A stretch of DNA of 64,000 nt from IMG/VR virus record IMGVR_UViG_3300033120_000865, positions 38,595 through 102,594 of that record; one strand, given 5' to 3'. A program made the position numbers and the translations under genes. Position 1 is the first letter of the stretch, and every line of letters begins with the position of its first letter. Source of the DNA: a virus. Lineage: Duplodnaviria > Caudoviricetes. The notes beneath the pieces were generated by a model. That model was not told the DNA's origin. It made no database searches and saw only the letters and a program-made list of their open reading frames with translations. Shown piece after piece: positions 7,969 through 18,546 of the stretch.

Positions 7969-8385
7969 ATGAGTGTAGTTAAAAAAAATTTATTAGATTA
8001 TTTAGATAAAGATGAATCTAATGAGAATGAAAAATCTTCTATACAAGCAGTTTTATTTAAGGCACAAGTAGATACTAAAATAACTCATTTATTACAAAAA
8101 GATAAAACATTAGCAAGACATAATGCAATGGGAATGTTTTATGATGAGATAGGTGATAAAATTGACACATTTGTAGAGACATATATGGGATTATATTCTA
8201 TTGAAGATATATGTACAGAAGAAAGTTGTTGTATTAAAGAGCCATTGACTTATTTTCAAAATTTATATAGTCAGATAGAACTATTAAGAAAGCCTATTAA
8301 GGAAACATTTTTACAAAATCAAATTGATGAAATGCAACAATTAATTGCACATACTCTTTATAGACTTAAAAATATAATTACATAA
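7969..8385 (+). CDS. ferritin/Dps-like four-helix bundle protein (DUF5856-like)
   Basis: THL....ARHNAMGMFYDEI...IDTFVETYMG and QIDEM...TLYRL. Confidence 0.65.
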   Translation: MSVVKKNLLDYLDKDESNENEKSSIQAVLFKAQVDTKITHLLQKDKTLARHNAMGMFYDEIGDKIDTFVETYMGLYSIEDICTEESCCIKEPLTYFQNLYSQIELLRKPIKETFLQNQIDEMQQLIAHTLYRLKNIIT

Positions 8386-8386
8386 T

Positions 8387-10543
8387 ATGAGTCAAATAAA
8401 TTCAATAAGAAATCCAGAAGGTATATGGATAAATAGTCAAGCATTTAGAGAGGAAGGTAATAAATTCAAAAAACATGGATATTATATTGCTGACCCTTGG
8501 GGTTCACCTGCTTGGTATGATTACTGGACAGAACAAAGAGGTAGATGTATTAATGGTTACTCAGTAGGAGGGGCAAAAATAACAGGAGAACATTATTTTT
8601 ATTTAAATTTTACACCTATTCAAAAGGTAGATAATATTAATGGAAATAGAGCAGATAAGATAGAGGGTTTTCCTGACTTTTGGGATGGAGATTATAATTA
8701 TTTCTGGTCAAGAGAGATAGCAAAGAATGGTATTGTTAGAGCATTAGGGTTAGAGGCAGAATTTGAAGAAGAGTTTAGAATTAGTGTAAAAACACTTCCA
8801 GAAGCAGAGGCTCAGAAAAAGATTTTACAAAAATTATTTGATGGGTTGCAACTTGAAGTTAAGATTGAAGTTGATTTTCTTGGTGGTGGATATAATTTGA
8901 TTGTTGGTAAATCAAGAAGAAAAGGTTATTCACTTAAAAATCAAGCTATTGCAGCTAACAATTATCAAACAATACCTAAAAGTTATACAGCCTTTGGAGC
9001 TTATGAGAAGAGATTTTTATTTCCTGGTGCTATCTTTTCTTATACAATGGACACAATTAACTTTGTTAATACCAATACAGCATGGGCAATGCCCTCAGAT
9101 GTATTAAAAAAAGCAGACCATATTAAGTCTAGTTATATTGAGTATAAGAATGGTATTAAATTAGAGAGTGGTTTTAAATCAGAAATACAGGCAGTTACAT
9201 TTAAGGATAACCCTGATGCTTTAAGGGGTAAGAATGCGAAAGATATTTTCTTCGAGGAATCAGGAGCATTTGGTACACCAGGATTATTGAAATCTTCGTA
9301 TGCTGCTTCTCAGGACTGTGTAATGGCAGGAGCTATTAAAACAGGAATGATTACAATCTTTGGAACATCTGGAGATATGGAAGGTGGTACTTATGATTAT
9401 GCTGATATGTTCTCAAGACCAGAAGCATTTGATTTAATGCCTTTTGTAAATATATGGGATGAAGATAGTTTGAAAACTAAAGTAGGATTCTTTCACCCTA
9501 TTAACTGGAATATGGAAGGGTTTTATGATGAGCAAGGTAACTCAAATAAAAAAGCAGCAAAAGATTTAGAATTAGCACATAGAGCAAAATTAATTAAAAA
9601 TGGGGCTACTTCAACAGAGTTACAACAAAGAATGCAAGAGAAACCTCTTGGTCCAGCAGAAGCATTTGCAGCAGTGTCAAGTAATACTTTTCCAGTAGTA
9701 GAATTAAAACAACAATTACAAAAAGTAAAAGCAAATGGATTACAATTTATAAAAGGAACTCCAGTTGATTTATTGATGGAAGATGGTAAGATAATAGCAA
9801 AACCAATTCTTAATTCTAGTAAAGAACCAATTACAAGTTATCATCATATACCAACTAATAAAAGAGGATGTCCTGTTATTTATGAATATCCAGTAAATAA
9901 TGCTCCTTCAGGTTTATATAAGATTGGATATGACCCCATAAGACAGGAAGAAGGAACTTCATTAGCTTCAATATGTGTATATAAAAGTTTTCATGTTGGT
10001 ACTGCTTATCATAGTATTTTAGTTGCTGAATATATTGGAAGATATGAAGACCCAGATGATATTGATAGAATAGCAGAGATGTTTGCTGATTTATATAATA
10101 CTAAAATAATGTATGAGAATGAAGTTACTGGAGTTAAGAATTATTTTAGAAGAATTAAAAGGTTAGGTTTACTAGCATTACAACCTGATTCTGTAATTTC
10201 TAAAAATGTGAAACATAGTAAGGTAAATAGGGTCTATGGGTGTCATATGAATGTGCAACTTAAAGATGCTGGAGAAAGATATGTTAAGTCATGGTTACTA
10301 ACAGTATTAGATTATGATGAAGAAGGAAATCCTATTAGAGTTATTGATAGAATATATTCAATAAGACTACTTGAAGAATTAATCTCATATAATAGAAAAG
10401 GTAATTTTGACTTAGTTTCTTCTCTATTTATGTGTATGTTTCAAGTACAAGAAGAAGTCTTAGGTAAAGAGTATGATGAGAAAAAAGAAAGTAAAAATGC
10501 AAAATTATTATTAGAAATGATAAATGATATGTACAAGAAGTAA
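8387..10543 (+). CDS. terL: terminase large subunit
   Basis: KSRRKGYS Walker A, DIFFEESG Walker B, FGTSG motif C, RNase H-like GYDP...YENE...NFDLVS. Confidence 0.93.
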   Translation: MSQINSIRNPEGIWINSQAFREEGNKFKKHGYYIADPWGSPAWYDYWTEQRGRCINGYSVGGAKITGEHYFYLNFTPIQKVDNINGNRADKIEGFPDFWDGDYNYFWSREIAKNGIVRALGLEAEFEEEFRISVKTLPEAEAQKKILQKLFDGLQLEVKIEVDFLGGGYNLIVGKSRRKGYSLKNQAIAANNYQTIPKSYTAFGAYEKRFLFPGAIFSYTMDTINFVNTNTAWAMPSDVLKKADHIKSSYIEYKNGIKLESGFKSEIQAVTFKDNPDALRGKNAKDIFFEESGAFGTPGLLKSSYAASQDCVMAGAIKTGMITIFGTSGDMEGGTYDYADMFSRPEAFDLMPFVNIWDEDSLKTKVGFFHPINWNMEGFYDEQGNSNKKAAKDLELAHRAKLIKNGATSTELQQRMQEKPLGPAEAFAAVSSNTFPVVELKQQLQKVKANGLQFIKGTPVDLLMEDGKIIAKPILNSSKEPITSYHHIPTNKRGCPVIYEYPVNNAPSGLYKIGYDPIRQEEGTSLASICVYKSFHVGTAYHSILVAEYIGRYEDPDDIDRIAEMFADLYNTKIMYENEVTGVKNYFRRIKRLGLLALQPDSVISKNVKHSKVNRVYGCHMNVQLKDAGERYVKSWLLTVLDYDEEGNPIRVIDRIYSIRLLEELISYNRKGNFDLVSSLFMCMFQVQEEVLGKEYDEKKESKNAKLLLEMINDMYKK

Positions 10544-10552
10544 TTAATTTTG

Positions 10553-10560
10553 TATATTTG
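10553..10560 (+). promoter_or_regulatory. TAnnTTTG -7 box upstream of portal
   Basis: TATATTTG in intergenic gap; no clear -33 box. Confidence 0.5.
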
Positions 10561-10600
10561 CAATTAAATTAATTATTATGAAAAAAATTAATATAAAATT

Positions 10601-13051
10601 ATGCCTACAATAAACCAAAATCAAAATCAAAGATTAAGTTATGCAGCAAAAAATGCTGATAATAAACAATGGTATAAGAATCAAGCAAATATGATTGATA
10701 ATCAACATCATTTAAATAATTATAATACTTATCATACTGATAATGTATCTGATTTTAAAAGAATGAAAGTTAATTATGATTTATTTAATAATATACTTGA
10801 TTTATCTGATTTTGAATATGTTTGTAAACCATTTGGTGCAGAAGCTGGAGAATTACCTGCAAAGATGATTAATAGAGATATTGTTTCTGGTAAAATTAAA
10901 GCTATGCTTGGTATGGAAATGAAAAGACCTTTTTCATGGAATGTTATAGCTACAAATCCAGAAGCAACTACTAGAAAAGAACAAGAAGAGTTTGGAAGAA
11001 TAAGAGATTATGTTATTTCAGAAACTCTTAAACCAATTAGAATGCAAATTGAGCAACAAAAGGCTCAAGAAACTCAAGGAAGAGAATTAACTCCAGATGA
11101 AATACAAAAAATTCAACAAGAAATTGAAGAAGAATTACAAGCACAAACTCCAGAGGAAGTAAAGAAATATATGCAAAGAGACCATCAAGACCCATCAGAG
11201 GTAATGTCTCAGCAACTACTTGAATATTTAATTCAAAAATGTGATGTTAAAAGAAAATTTAATAATGCACTAAAGCATGGATTATTATCTGCTAAAGGTA
11301 TTATGTATGTTGGTATATTAAATGGAGAACCAGAAACTTGGAATACAAATTCAATGAGATTCAACTATGATAAATCACCTGATTTACAATTTGTTGAAGA
11401 TGGAGAATTTGCAAGTTGTGAATATCCTATGACACCTTCAGAGATTGTTAGATTCTTTGGTGATGAGTTAAAGCAAGATGAGATTGATAGAATTTATAAA
11501 TCTTGGGGTGGACCAAATAGAGCAAAGATAATTGATAGTGATTTATTTAATATTGAGGAGACTGTTAGAAACCACAATAATAATAGTTCAGTAATGATGG
11601 TTCATACTGTATGGAAATCATTAAGAAAGATAGGATTCTTAAAGTATAAAGATTTTAAGACTGGTAGCACTGAAGAAATGATTGTAGATGAAAACTACAA
11701 ATTAAATAAAGATACAGGAGACCTTTCTATTCAATGGGAATGGATTCCAGAAGCTTATGAGACATGGAAAGTTAAAACAGTAGAACCTATCTACTTAAAA
11801 ATGCAACCCATTCCAGGGCAATTTAAAGATATTGATAATTTATATTATTGTAAACTTCCTTATTATGGAATAATTTATGATAATATGAACTCACAAGAAA
11901 CTTCATTAATGGATAGATTAAAAGTTTATCAATATTATTATAATATTGTAATGTATAGACTTGAATTATTACTAGCTTCTGATAAAGGAAAAAAAGTGTT
12001 AATGAATATTAATATGATTCCAGACTCAGCAGGTATTAATATTAAGCAATGGCAGTACTTTATAGAGTCAACCCCTTATATGTGGTATGACCCAAGTGAA
12101 GAAGGTGCTCAATATGCTGATGCTAATACAGTTGCAAAAGTTATTGATTTATCTATGGTATCTGATATTCAGAAATATATTGAAATTGCTGAATATCTTA
12201 GAAATCAATGTGGTAGAAGTGTTGGTATTAGTGATGCTGTAGAAGGTCAAATTGGACCAAATGATAGTGTTGGTGGTACAAGACAGAATCTTATACAATC
12301 TTCACATATTCTTGAACCTTATTTTGAATTACATAGTTATTTAAAAAGAAATGTATTACAAGCTTTAATTGAGACTGCTAAGGTTGCTTACTCAGGAACT
12401 AAAAAGAAAAAATTAACTTATTTTCTTGATGACATGTCTAAAAAAATTATTGATTTAGATATAGGTTTAATTAATGACTCTACATTAGGATTGTTTGTTT
12501 CTAATTCAGCTAAAGCAGAAGAAGCTAAAGATTTAATAAGACAACTTGCCCATGCAGCTTTACAAAATCAAAAAGTAGAACTATCTGATGTTATTTCAAT
12601 AATTAGACAAGAGTCAATAATTGAAGCAGAAGAAACTCTTAAGGTTGCAGAAGAAAAAAGAAATGCATTTGAATCTTCACAAACTCAAGCAACAATAAAA
12701 GCAAATGCAGAAGAAAAAGAAAAAGATAGAGAATTTGAGAGAGAAAAATGGGAACATGAAAAAGATATTGTTATTGTTAAAGAAGAAGAGAAAAGAGAGA
12801 CTGAAGTTATTAAAGGTGCTCTGGTTGGAGCTTCATTTAACCCAGACCAAGATGCAGATAATGATGGGGAAAATGATTTTGTTGAAATTGCTAAACATGG
12901 TTTAGATGCTGAAATTAAAAGACAAAATGTTCAATTACAAAAAGATAAATTTGAACATCAAAAAAATATTGATTCTAAAAAATTAAAACAGAATGATAAG
13001 AAATTGAGTATTGATGAAAAGAAATTAAATCAAAAGAAGTCTAGTTCTTAA
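10601..13051 (+). CDS. portal protein
   Basis: 816 aa directly after TerL; crAss-like portal features (SLMDRLK.YQY.YN, GISDAVEGQI, coiled-coil C terminus). Confidence 0.85.
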   Translation: MPTINQNQNQRLSYAAKNADNKQWYKNQANMIDNQHHLNNYNTYHTDNVSDFKRMKVNYDLFNNILDLSDFEYVCKPFGAEAGELPAKMINRDIVSGKIKAMLGMEMKRPFSWNVIATNPEATTRKEQEEFGRIRDYVISETLKPIRMQIEQQKAQETQGRELTPDEIQKIQQEIEEELQAQTPEEVKKYMQRDHQDPSEVMSQQLLEYLIQKCDVKRKFNNALKHGLLSAKGIMYVGILNGEPETWNTNSMRFNYDKSPDLQFVEDGEFASCEYPMTPSEIVRFFGDELKQDEIDRIYKSWGGPNRAKIIDSDLFNIEETVRNHNNNSSVMMVHTVWKSLRKIGFLKYKDFKTGSTEEMIVDENYKLNKDTGDLSIQWEWIPEAYETWKVKTVEPIYLKMQPIPGQFKDIDNLYYCKLPYYGIIYDNMNSQETSLMDRLKVYQYYYNIVMYRLELLLASDKGKKVLMNINMIPDSAGINIKQWQYFIESTPYMWYDPSEEGAQYADANTVAKVIDLSMVSDIQKYIEIAEYLRNQCGRSVGISDAVEGQIGPNDSVGGTRQNLIQSSHILEPYFELHSYLKRNVLQALIETAKVAYSGTKKKKLTYFLDDMSKKIIDLDIGLINDSTLGLFVSNSAKAEEAKDLIRQLAHAALQNQKVELSDVISIIRQESIIEAEETLKVAEEKRNAFESSQTQATIKANAEEKEKDREFEREKWEHEKDIVIVKEEEKRETEVIKGALVGASFNPDQDADNDGENDFVEIAKHGLDAEIKRQNVQLQKDKFEHQKNIDSKKLKQNDKKLSIDEKKLNQKKSSS

Positions 13052-13118
13052 AAAAAGCTATTAGACATTATTTTTGAAAAATTAATTTTAAAAATGTAGT
13101 TTTATTAATTTTTAATAT

Positions 13119-13126
13119 TAAATTTG
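13119..13126 (+). promoter_or_regulatory. TAnnTTTG -7 box, possibly leaderless transcript
   Basis: TAAATTTG 4 nt before ATG 13131. Confidence 0.45.
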
Positions 13127-13130
13127 TAGC

Positions 13131-14273
13131 ATGATAAAAGAGAATAAAAGTCTTGAAGGATTTGAAGGATTTGAAGAGATGTCATCAGAAGTAGATTTTT
13201 TCAGTCAGACCCAAGACACAGATGTTAGTACAGATACAAAATCTGTTATTGATGAAATATCTAAAGATGATATTTCATCAGAAGAAAATAAAAATGTTGA
13301 GGTAACAAGTGCAACAGAAAAAGATGACTTGTTTAGTGATAAAACTATATTAGATGATAATGAAGAAGAGGAAGCAGAGGTTAAAACTGATTCAAATATT
13401 TCAATCCTTAATAAATTAAAAGAAAAAGGTTTCATTGAATTTGAACTTGAAGAAGGAGAAGAATTAACTGAAGAGTTAGCAGAAGAATTACTTGAAGATA
13501 AGTTTGAAGAAAGTGTAGAAAATAAGGTAAAAGAGTTAGTAAATGATTTACCTGATGAAAAGAAACAAGCAGTACAATATCTACTTAAAGGTGGTAGCTT
13601 AACTGACTTGATAAGTGCTTTTTCATCAAATGATGTTTCAATTGATTTAAATATAAATTTAGAAAAAGAAGAAACACAAATTAGTACTTTAAAAAAACTT
13701 TTGAAACTTGAAGATAAAGATGATGAAGAAATTGAAACAGAAATTGAGTTCTTAAAAGATTCTGGTAAACTTAAATTAATTACTGAAAAGAAATTTAATA
13801 AGTATAAAAAAGAAATTGAAGAAGATCAAAGAGATTTTCTTGCTGAACAAGAAGATAGAAAAGAAAAAGAAAGAATAGCAATTAGAGAATCAAAAGCAAA
13901 AATTTCTACTTTCTTAACTAAAAATGTAGAAGTAGATGGTATTACATTTACAAAAGAAGATAAAAAATCTTTACCTTCTTATATGAATGATAAGACTGTA
14001 AAATTACAAAATGGTACTCTTATAACAGAAATGCAAAAACAACTGTTTTATGATATACCAAAGAATGATAAAGCATTAATACAGCTTGCTACATTATTGA
14101 AAAATAGAAATGAAGATGGAACATTCAATTTTGATAGTATAGCAAAAAGTGCAAGAACAAAGGTAACACAAGAAGTGAGAAAAGAAATTAGAAGAGGACA
14201 GAGTATTCCTGGAAATTCAACAATTACAGGTAAAGAATCAGTGAAAAGTTTAGCTGATTACTTTACAAAATAA
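13131..14273 (+). CDS. acidic scaffold-like head assembly protein
   Basis: Very acidic N terminus, coiled coil, located between portal and MCP. Confidence 0.65.
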   Translation: MIKENKSLEGFEGFEEMSSEVDFFSQTQDTDVSTDTKSVIDEISKDDISSEENKNVEVTSATEKDDLFSDKTILDDNEEEEAEVKTDSNISILNKLKEKGFIEFELEEGEELTEELAEELLEDKFEESVENKVKELVNDLPDEKKQAVQYLLKGGSLTDLISAFSSNDVSIDLNINLEKEETQISTLKKLLKLEDKDDEEIETEIEFLKDSGKLKLITEKKFNKYKKEIEEDQRDFLAEQEDRKEKERIAIRESKAKISTFLTKNVEVDGITFTKEDKKSLPSYMNDKTVKLQNGTLITEMQKQLFYDIPKNDKALIQLATLLKNRNEDGTFNFDSIAKSARTKVTQEVRKEIRRGQSIPGNSTITGKESVKSLADYFTK

Positions 14274-14295
14274 CTAAATTTAAAACAATTAAATT

Positions 14296-15774
14296 ATGGC
14301 AATGACAATTAATAAATTGCAAGTAAGACAAGCAAAATTTGATTCTACTAGAATGACTGACTTAAATCATTGGAGTAAGAATCTGGCTATCAAGCCAACT
14401 GTTTTTGAAGCACCACAGAGAGCTTTGTTCTCTTCAAAAACAAATAGTATAAATTTATCAAGTGGAAATATCCTTGAAGGTATTTTTGGTTTAGGTAAGA
14501 CTAAATATATTGATGATTTAACTTGGTCATGGAAAATGAATGTAAAAGGATATAGACCTATTACAATTCTTGAAAACAGAACTGCTGGTTCAACACCAGG
14601 AAAATATAGAGGTAAAATCAAAGTCTTAGTGGATGTTGATTTAGCTGCTATTGGTGAATCTTGGGGTCCAGGTTCTTCTGACAAATCTCAAGTGGTAACT
14701 GTTGTAGATAAAAGAAAAGATGGTAGAGGATATGAATATACTTTACAAACTTACACTGAAGGTGCAGAGCACTTTATTAAACCAACTTATCTTGAGCCAG
14801 GAACAAAATGGACAAGAATGTACACTATGAGAGGTGAGGCTGCTGAGTCAGGTGGTCATACAGAAGGGTACACTCAGGTTGAATACAAAAATTCATTAGT
14901 GAAACTAAGAAAAGAATTTAAAGTAACAGACTTTGGTGCTCAAGCTGTTTTGGATATTGCTTTCCAAGATGAAAATGGTAAAGTATATAGAGCTTGGATG
15001 GATATGCAAGAAGCTCAATATCATATGGCAATGAATAAAGAGATGGCTATACATGGAATGTATAGTAGATTGGGAGACCAACCTCTTATTGACCCAGATT
15101 CAGGTTATCCAATTAATCCTGGTGCAGGTATGGAGCAACAAATTGAATTTGGTGGAAACAATGAAAGATATACAACTTTAAGTGCAGAATTAATTGAAGC
15201 ATTCTTTGATAGAATTGTTTATTCAAGAATTAGTCCTGGTGATTTAGGAGATGTAATTGGATTGTCTGGACACTATGGTATGAAAGAATTTGCAAAATCT
15301 TTAGATATTTGGGCAGGTGGTAAAGCTATTGTTAGAAATAGTCAAGATTTTGTTAAAAATGATGCAAGTGGTGTACATAATAACTCATTAAGAGTAGGTT
15401 ATCAATTCACTCATTATGATTTACCTAATGGTGGTAGTTTCAAATTAATTCATAATCCATTAAATGATGATAAATCTATCCATAGAGATATTGACCCATT
15501 AACAGGTTATCCTTTACAATCACAAAGAATTACAATTCTTGATGTAACTGGAGGAAATGGGCAATCAATTAATGAAAGAGATAATATTTGTTTAGTTAGA
15601 AAAAACAAAGTTTATGGTACAACTTTAATTGAAGGTAGAGTAGGACCAGGTGGTGAGATTTCTAAAAATCCTAAACACTCTGGGGATTATTACAGAGTAG
15701 ATATTTCTGATTCAGTAGGTGTTGAAATTAAAGACCCAACTGTAACAGGAGAATTAATTAAAACAGTAAACTAA
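14296..15774 (+). CDS. major capsid protein
   Basis: 492 aa, crAss-like MCP position and size; GAGMEQQI, GYQFTHY.LPNGG. Confidence 0.85.
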   Translation: MAMTINKLQVRQAKFDSTRMTDLNHWSKNLAIKPTVFEAPQRALFSSKTNSINLSSGNILEGIFGLGKTKYIDDLTWSWKMNVKGYRPITILENRTAGSTPGKYRGKIKVLVDVDLAAIGESWGPGSSDKSQVVTVVDKRKDGRGYEYTLQTYTEGAEHFIKPTYLEPGTKWTRMYTMRGEAAESGGHTEGYTQVEYKNSLVKLRKEFKVTDFGAQAVLDIAFQDENGKVYRAWMDMQEAQYHMAMNKEMAIHGMYSRLGDQPLIDPDSGYPINPGAGMEQQIEFGGNNERYTTLSAELIEAFFDRIVYSRISPGDLGDVIGLSGHYGMKEFAKSLDIWAGGKAIVRNSQDFVKNDASGVHNNSLRVGYQFTHYDLPNGGSFKLIHNPLNDDKSIHRDIDPLTGYPLQSQRITILDVTGGNGQSINERDNICLVRKNKVYGTTLIEGRVGPGGEISKNPKHSGDYYRVDISDSVGVEIKDPTVTGELIKTVN

Positions 15775-15778
15775 TTTT

Positions 15779-16600
15779 ATGATAAATAAAGAGTTAAAAA
15801 TAGAGATTAGACCTATTCCAGACAGAAATAATATCAAACAATTTTCTGAAAATTTAGAATATTTTTCTCAATCAAATATTATAGCTGCTTTTGTGAATCC
15901 TGTCTCATTAAAATATGAGACAGGTCTTTCACCAGAAGATAAAGAATATTTATTGAAAGAAGAATTTCCTTATAATATTTCTGATAATTATACTAAAGGT
16001 ATTCCACATCCATTCTGGGAAAGTTCTATGGCAAAGGTAGAATTGAAAAATAGTCCAACATTTTTGTTTCCAGGAAAAAGTCTTATTGATTTTATTAAGT
16101 ATAAATATTTACTTGTAAATAATTATATTTATAAATCAGAAGAAGAGATGAGAAGTGGTATTAAACCATTAGCCACTCATTATATTCATAATGAAGTTGA
16201 AGCTACATCTATAAAAGCAGGAAAATTAGAAACAAGAAATACATTAATTAGAAAAGTATCAGATTTATCATTAAAAAGAAAAAGAGATATTGTTCTTATT
16301 TTATTAAATGAAGACACTGATAATAAAAATGAAAATTATTTAACTGTTAGGTTAGACACTATTATCAATGATAAAGAATTGTCTGAAGAACTAAGTGAAC
16401 TTTTAAATCAAGATTCAGAAGAAGTAGCTTTAGCAGCAGAAATTAAATCTGCTATACATAAAAATATTTTAAGAAAAACTAAACAAGGTATCTTTTTCTT
16501 TGAAAATAATCTTGGTTTTTCTGAAGAAAATGTAAAAGAGTTTTTAATTAATCCTGACAACCAGGAAATTTTATTAAATATCAAATCTAAAATTCAATAA
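15779..16600 (+). CDS. conserved structural-module protein following MCP
   Basis: 273-aa ORF, synteny with crAss-like capsid block. Confidence 0.6.
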   Translation: MINKELKIEIRPIPDRNNIKQFSENLEYFSQSNIIAAFVNPVSLKYETGLSPEDKEYLLKEEFPYNISDNYTKGIPHPFWESSMAKVELKNSPTFLFPGKSLIDFIKYKYLLVNNYIYKSEEEMRSGIKPLATHYIHNEVEATSIKAGKLETRNTLIRKVSDLSLKRKRDIVLILLNEDTDNKNENYLTVRLDTIINDKELSEELSELLNQDSEEVALAAEIKSAIHKNILRKTKQGIFFFENNLGFSEENVKEFLINPDNQEILLNIKSKIQ

Positions 16601-16602
16601 TT

Positions 16603-17808
16603 ATGAAGAGTACATTAGCAGACATAAGACAACTATTCAATGTTACAAATATTGCTTATAGCACTAATATAAATGCTTTAACAGAAGGGCAGTTTGCTGT
16701 CTTTGCTGAAGGAAGTGATGTCAGTGTGGCATCAGGAACAACTTATCTAACTTTACCTGATAAGTTTAGAATTGTATCAAAATTAGGAGGTAAAATTTAT
16801 TACAGTCTTGATACAATTGAAAAAACAAGAATGTTTAATCAAATGGCAACAGAGTATCAACCTCAACAAATTAATATTTGGGAAGCAGTTATTCAACATT
16901 GTAATTGTATTGATGGTGTAAGACTAAATATCAATGTTAGTGAACAATCATTAATTCAAAGAGATGGTCTTACATGGACACACAATGACTTTGTTGTTAT
17001 AGTATCACCACAAGAATTACTTTGTTTCTGTAATTGTGATGGTTCAAAACCAGTTTATGAAAATAACATTTTGACACAACTTTTATATGAAAAAGTAAAT
17101 GCATTAAATTCTCCTTATTATGAAGCAGCAGTGTCAATTGATATTGCAGATTTAGACACTTATGCCAATCAAGGAGCTTTAGATATAGCAGTGCCATCTC
17201 CAACTCAAGGTGATTTAGCAATTGTAACAGGAGCAGGTTTAAAACAATATAATGGGTCAGCATGGGTAGTAGTAGGTACTGTTCTTGGACAATTAACAGA
17301 TGTAGCTACTTTTGTAGAAACTAATAAAACTGTTAATACAGATGATAATTTGTTAAATGATGGAGTGCTTTTAACTTTAATAATTAAAGGAAAATTATCA
17401 CCAACATTAACTTATAAAGAAATTGATGTAAATTATGTATATCCAAGAGGAGTGAGAATTAATCCTTCACTTAGTATAAATAATGAAGTTTCAATAGCAT
17501 TTTCTGAAACACAACAATTAGCATTTGAAATTGGAGCAGGTTATGATTTAAGAGCAGAAGAATGGGAAAATATGAACTTCTACACAAATATGAATTTCTA
17601 CCCAAGATTATCTGATGGTGTAACAGTACCAGGATTGACTTATCAATTTGAGAACAACACTACTTATAATACAATTACTTTTGAATTTGGTTCTAAGAAA
17701 AGTGGATTAGAAGATGTTCCAGAAGGAAATTACAAAAAATTCATGATGTTACTTGGTATTGAAGATGATACTTTATATAGTGCATTGGTAGATATGTTTA
17801 TAGCTTAA
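16603..17808 (+). CDS. putative auxiliary capsid/virion protein
   Basis: 401-aa beta-rich ORF in capsid block. Confidence 0.5.
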   Translation: MKSTLADIRQLFNVTNIAYSTNINALTEGQFAVFAEGSDVSVASGTTYLTLPDKFRIVSKLGGKIYYSLDTIEKTRMFNQMATEYQPQQINIWEAVIQHCNCIDGVRLNINVSEQSLIQRDGLTWTHNDFVVIVSPQELLCFCNCDGSKPVYENNILTQLLYEKVNALNSPYYEAAVSIDIADLDTYANQGALDIAVPSPTQGDLAIVTGAGLKQYNGSAWVVVGTVLGQLTDVATFVETNKTVNTDDNLLNDGVLLTLIIKGKLSPTLTYKEIDVNYVYPRGVRINPSLSINNEVSIAFSETQQLAFEIGAGYDLRAEEWENMNFYTNMNFYPRLSDGVTVPGLTYQFENNTTYNTITFEFGSKKSGLEDVPEGNYKKFMMLLGIEDDTLYSALVDMFIA

Positions 17809-17822
17809 TAAAACTTTAGACC

Positions 17823-18524
17823 ATGACTATAAAAGATATGCACTATGACTTCAAAAAGAAGTTAAATAAAATTGATAGTCAACAAAATAGAAATTTGTTG
17901 ATTCCAGAAATTGATTGGGCATTGAATGAGGCACAAGAATTATTTGTAAAAATGATTGCTCAACCTAGAATAAAGTCATATCTTGGTTTTGAAATGAGTC
18001 AGAGAAGTATAGATGATATTAGGACAATTGTTGTAAAAAACAATTGTCTTAATATTATTAATAATACTGCTACATTACCATCTAATTATTGGCATTTTGT
18101 AAAAGGAAGAGTTGAAATGAGTAAAGGAACATGTAGTAATGTTAAAGGAAAATTTCATCTTAGACAACATGATGATGAATTTGAAGAGAGTCCTTTTGAT
18201 AATTCAAATTTTGAATGGAGAACTGTCAATGGACTATTTTATGAAGGTGGGATTAAAGTACATACTGATGGTACATTTACTGTTAATAAATTATGTGTTG
18301 ATTATATAAGAAAAACTAATTATATACATAATGCAGTAGATTTTAGAGGAGGCACTTATAAATTACCTTCTGGTACTATATTAACTGGTTCAGTCAATAG
18401 TGAACTTCCTGAGCATACTCATAGAGAAATTGTAGATATTGCTGTACTTATAGTGACAGGAGAAATACAATCCCCAGACTATGAAATAAAAATGAATAAA
18501 TTAAAGTTCAATCAAATTACTTAA
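17823..18524 (+). CDS. tail ring / head-tail connector protein
   Basis: EIDWALNEAQ...ELPEHTHREIVDIAV, crAss-like ring protein pattern. Confidence 0.65.
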   Translation: MTIKDMHYDFKKKLNKIDSQQNRNLLIPEIDWALNEAQELFVKMIAQPRIKSYLGFEMSQRSIDDIRTIVVKNNCLNIINNTATLPSNYWHFVKGRVEMSKGTCSNVKGKFHLRQHDDEFEESPFDNSNFEWRTVNGLFYEGGIKVHTDGTFTVNKLCVDYIRKTNYIHNAVDFRGGTYKLPSGTILTGSVNSELPEHTHREIVDIAVLIVTGEIQSPDYEIKMNKLKFNQIT

Positions 18525-18546
18525 TTGAATAACTAAAAATCTTAAA

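Noticed and set aside
8387-10543. Intein or intron in terL (apparent ~50-aa insertion before Walker A)
   Set aside because: No Cys/Ser...His-Asn splice motifs and no frame break; too short for an intein.
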